Shown: positions 63,394-64,000 of the stretch, piece after piece
Numbering within the stretch: the stretch's first letter is position 1
Layout of the letters: every line of letters starts with the position of its first letter
Origin: a virus
Taxonomy: Duplodnaviria > Caudoviricetes
Virus record (IMG/VR): IMGVR_UViG_3300027708_000013
Strand: one strand, 5' to 3'
Length of the DNA: 64,000 nucleotides
The notes under the pieces: generated by a model
Database searches by the model: none
What the model was told of the DNA's origin: nothing
What the model saw: the letters and a program-made list of their open reading frames with translations, nothing else
Program-made: the position numbers and the translations under genes

Positions 63394-63669
63394 TCAAATT
63401 CCATACTTAATGTTGATATCTGCTGGGCGAGACCAAAAATCATTACGAGCCAAAGATGAGGTTTCTACAATGTTAGCGAATTTTTTGAAAAATTCAATTG
63501 GCCAACCGTCCCATATCTCTACGACTTGGTGTGCTCGATCAGACTGAGGATCGCGAAGCAAAGTAGCATAGTGTATGATCAATTGACGAATATCAGTATC
63601 TGTCATATTTTCAAAGTCAACTTGTACCGTGCTGGGTTGAGTGAGCTCTGCTTGTATTTGGTCTTTCAT
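63394..63669 (-). CDS. hypothetical protein
   Basis: ORF track. Confidence 0.65.
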   Translation of the reverse strand: MKDQIQAELTQPSTVQVDFENMTDTDIRQLIIHYATLLRDPQSDRAHQVVEIWDGWPIEFFKKFANIVETSSLARNDFWSRPADINIKYGI

Positions 63670-63680
63670 TTTTCTACTCT

Positions 63681-63851
63681 TTAGGAATTCACTGTGTTGA
63701 ATGGGCTTAGATCTTCTTCAAACTCACAGACTTGGTCGGCGGCTACTAACTTTGTTGAAAACTCTAAACTTTCTGCCCAGGCTTGATGCTCGGTTTCTGA
63801 GGGAAATGCTGACGAATATTCTTCGCTGGGTATGGTATTTGCATTGTTCAT
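63681..63851 (-). CDS. small acidic early protein (MNNANTIP...DLSPFNTVNS)
   Basis: ATG 63851 after SD CAGGAG. Confidence 0.65.
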   Translation of the reverse strand: MNNANTIPSEEYSSAFPSETEHQAWAESLEFSTKLVAADQVCEFEEDLSPFNTVNS

Positions 63852-63880
63852 TTCTACTCCTGATGATTGACGTAACTGCA

Positions 63881-63909
63881 AGTATAACACAGCAAGAATT
63901 GTCAGTCAA
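63881..63909 (-). promoter_or_regulatory. sigma70-type promoter TTGACT-N17-TATACT
   Basis: Consensus-like. Confidence 0.75.
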
Positions 63910-63910
63910 G

Positions 63911-63953
63911 AAAAAACCCGCCCAAGTGTGCATCGCAGAGAGGCCGGGCGGGT
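63911..63953 (-). terminator. terminator with a 22-nt loop
   Basis: ACCCGCCC/GGGCGGGT stem plus U-tract after the partial ORF ending ...PNAEYDVIAVK* at 63963. Confidence 0.65.
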
Positions 63954-64000
63954 GTGTCCTACTTATTTAACAGCAATTACATCATATTCGGCATTTGGGG

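Noticed and set aside
702-63970. The many 60-170-aa opposite-strand or alternative-frame ORFs in the track (e.g. 13234-13719 +, 25425-25928 +, 41770-42180 +, 50765-51166 -)
   Set aside because: They lie wholly within well-supported genes, lack SD or promoter context and recognisable motifs, and are expected shadows of codon bias and repeats.
1-64000. tRNA, tmRNA or rRNA genes
   Set aside because: The intergenic gaps inspected are short and explained by promoters or terminators; no cloverleaf with a T-loop GTTCRA was recognised by eye. A tRNAscan/Aragorn run would be definitive.

Overview
The window is best read as 64 kb of a large lytic dsDNA myophage with T4-superfamily replication logic, not a bacterial chromosome. 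Almost all genes are on the minus strand and tightly packed. It carries gp41-like helicase, gp61-like primase, gp62-like clamp-loader subunit, UvsW-like helicase, class Ia nrdAB plus glutaredoxin, a PD-(D/E)xK exonuclease, PAAR and tail-fibre genes. There are about 20 T4-late-type (N)TAAATA boxes and a family of near-identical sigma70-type TTGACC-N17-TATAAT cassettes. Isolated host-type genes (rpsU, clpS, hsp20, iscA/iscU, rimK, a Bug/TctC receptor) are interspersed; the Bug gene hints at a betaproteobacterial host (inference). Four regions stand out. (1) 5.2-13.2 kb: a late-promoter curli-like module (csgF, csgG, two curlin-repeat proteins) interleaved with a FecR protein that ends in curlin-like repeats and followed by a metallophosphoesterase, RimK and a motif-complete CHASE2 adenylate cyclase. 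(2) 35.6-43.7 kb: proteins starting with T4-like capsid-targeting/(I/L)xE cleavage leaders, including two Pol-beta-type nucleotidyltransferases (one fused to a GNAT) and a KxDG ligase-like protein, i.e. a candidate packaged and injected enzyme payload. (3) A 193-aa miniature DnaE retaining the three catalytic aspartates. (4) An amidinotransferase / 2OG-oxygenase / UDP-sugar dehydrogenase cluster. I found no tRNA, rRNA, CRISPR array, integrase, transposase, intron or canonical intein. All calls come from motif recognition by eye; no searches were run. Several starts were moved from the ORF track to the codon that follows an SD or promoter.
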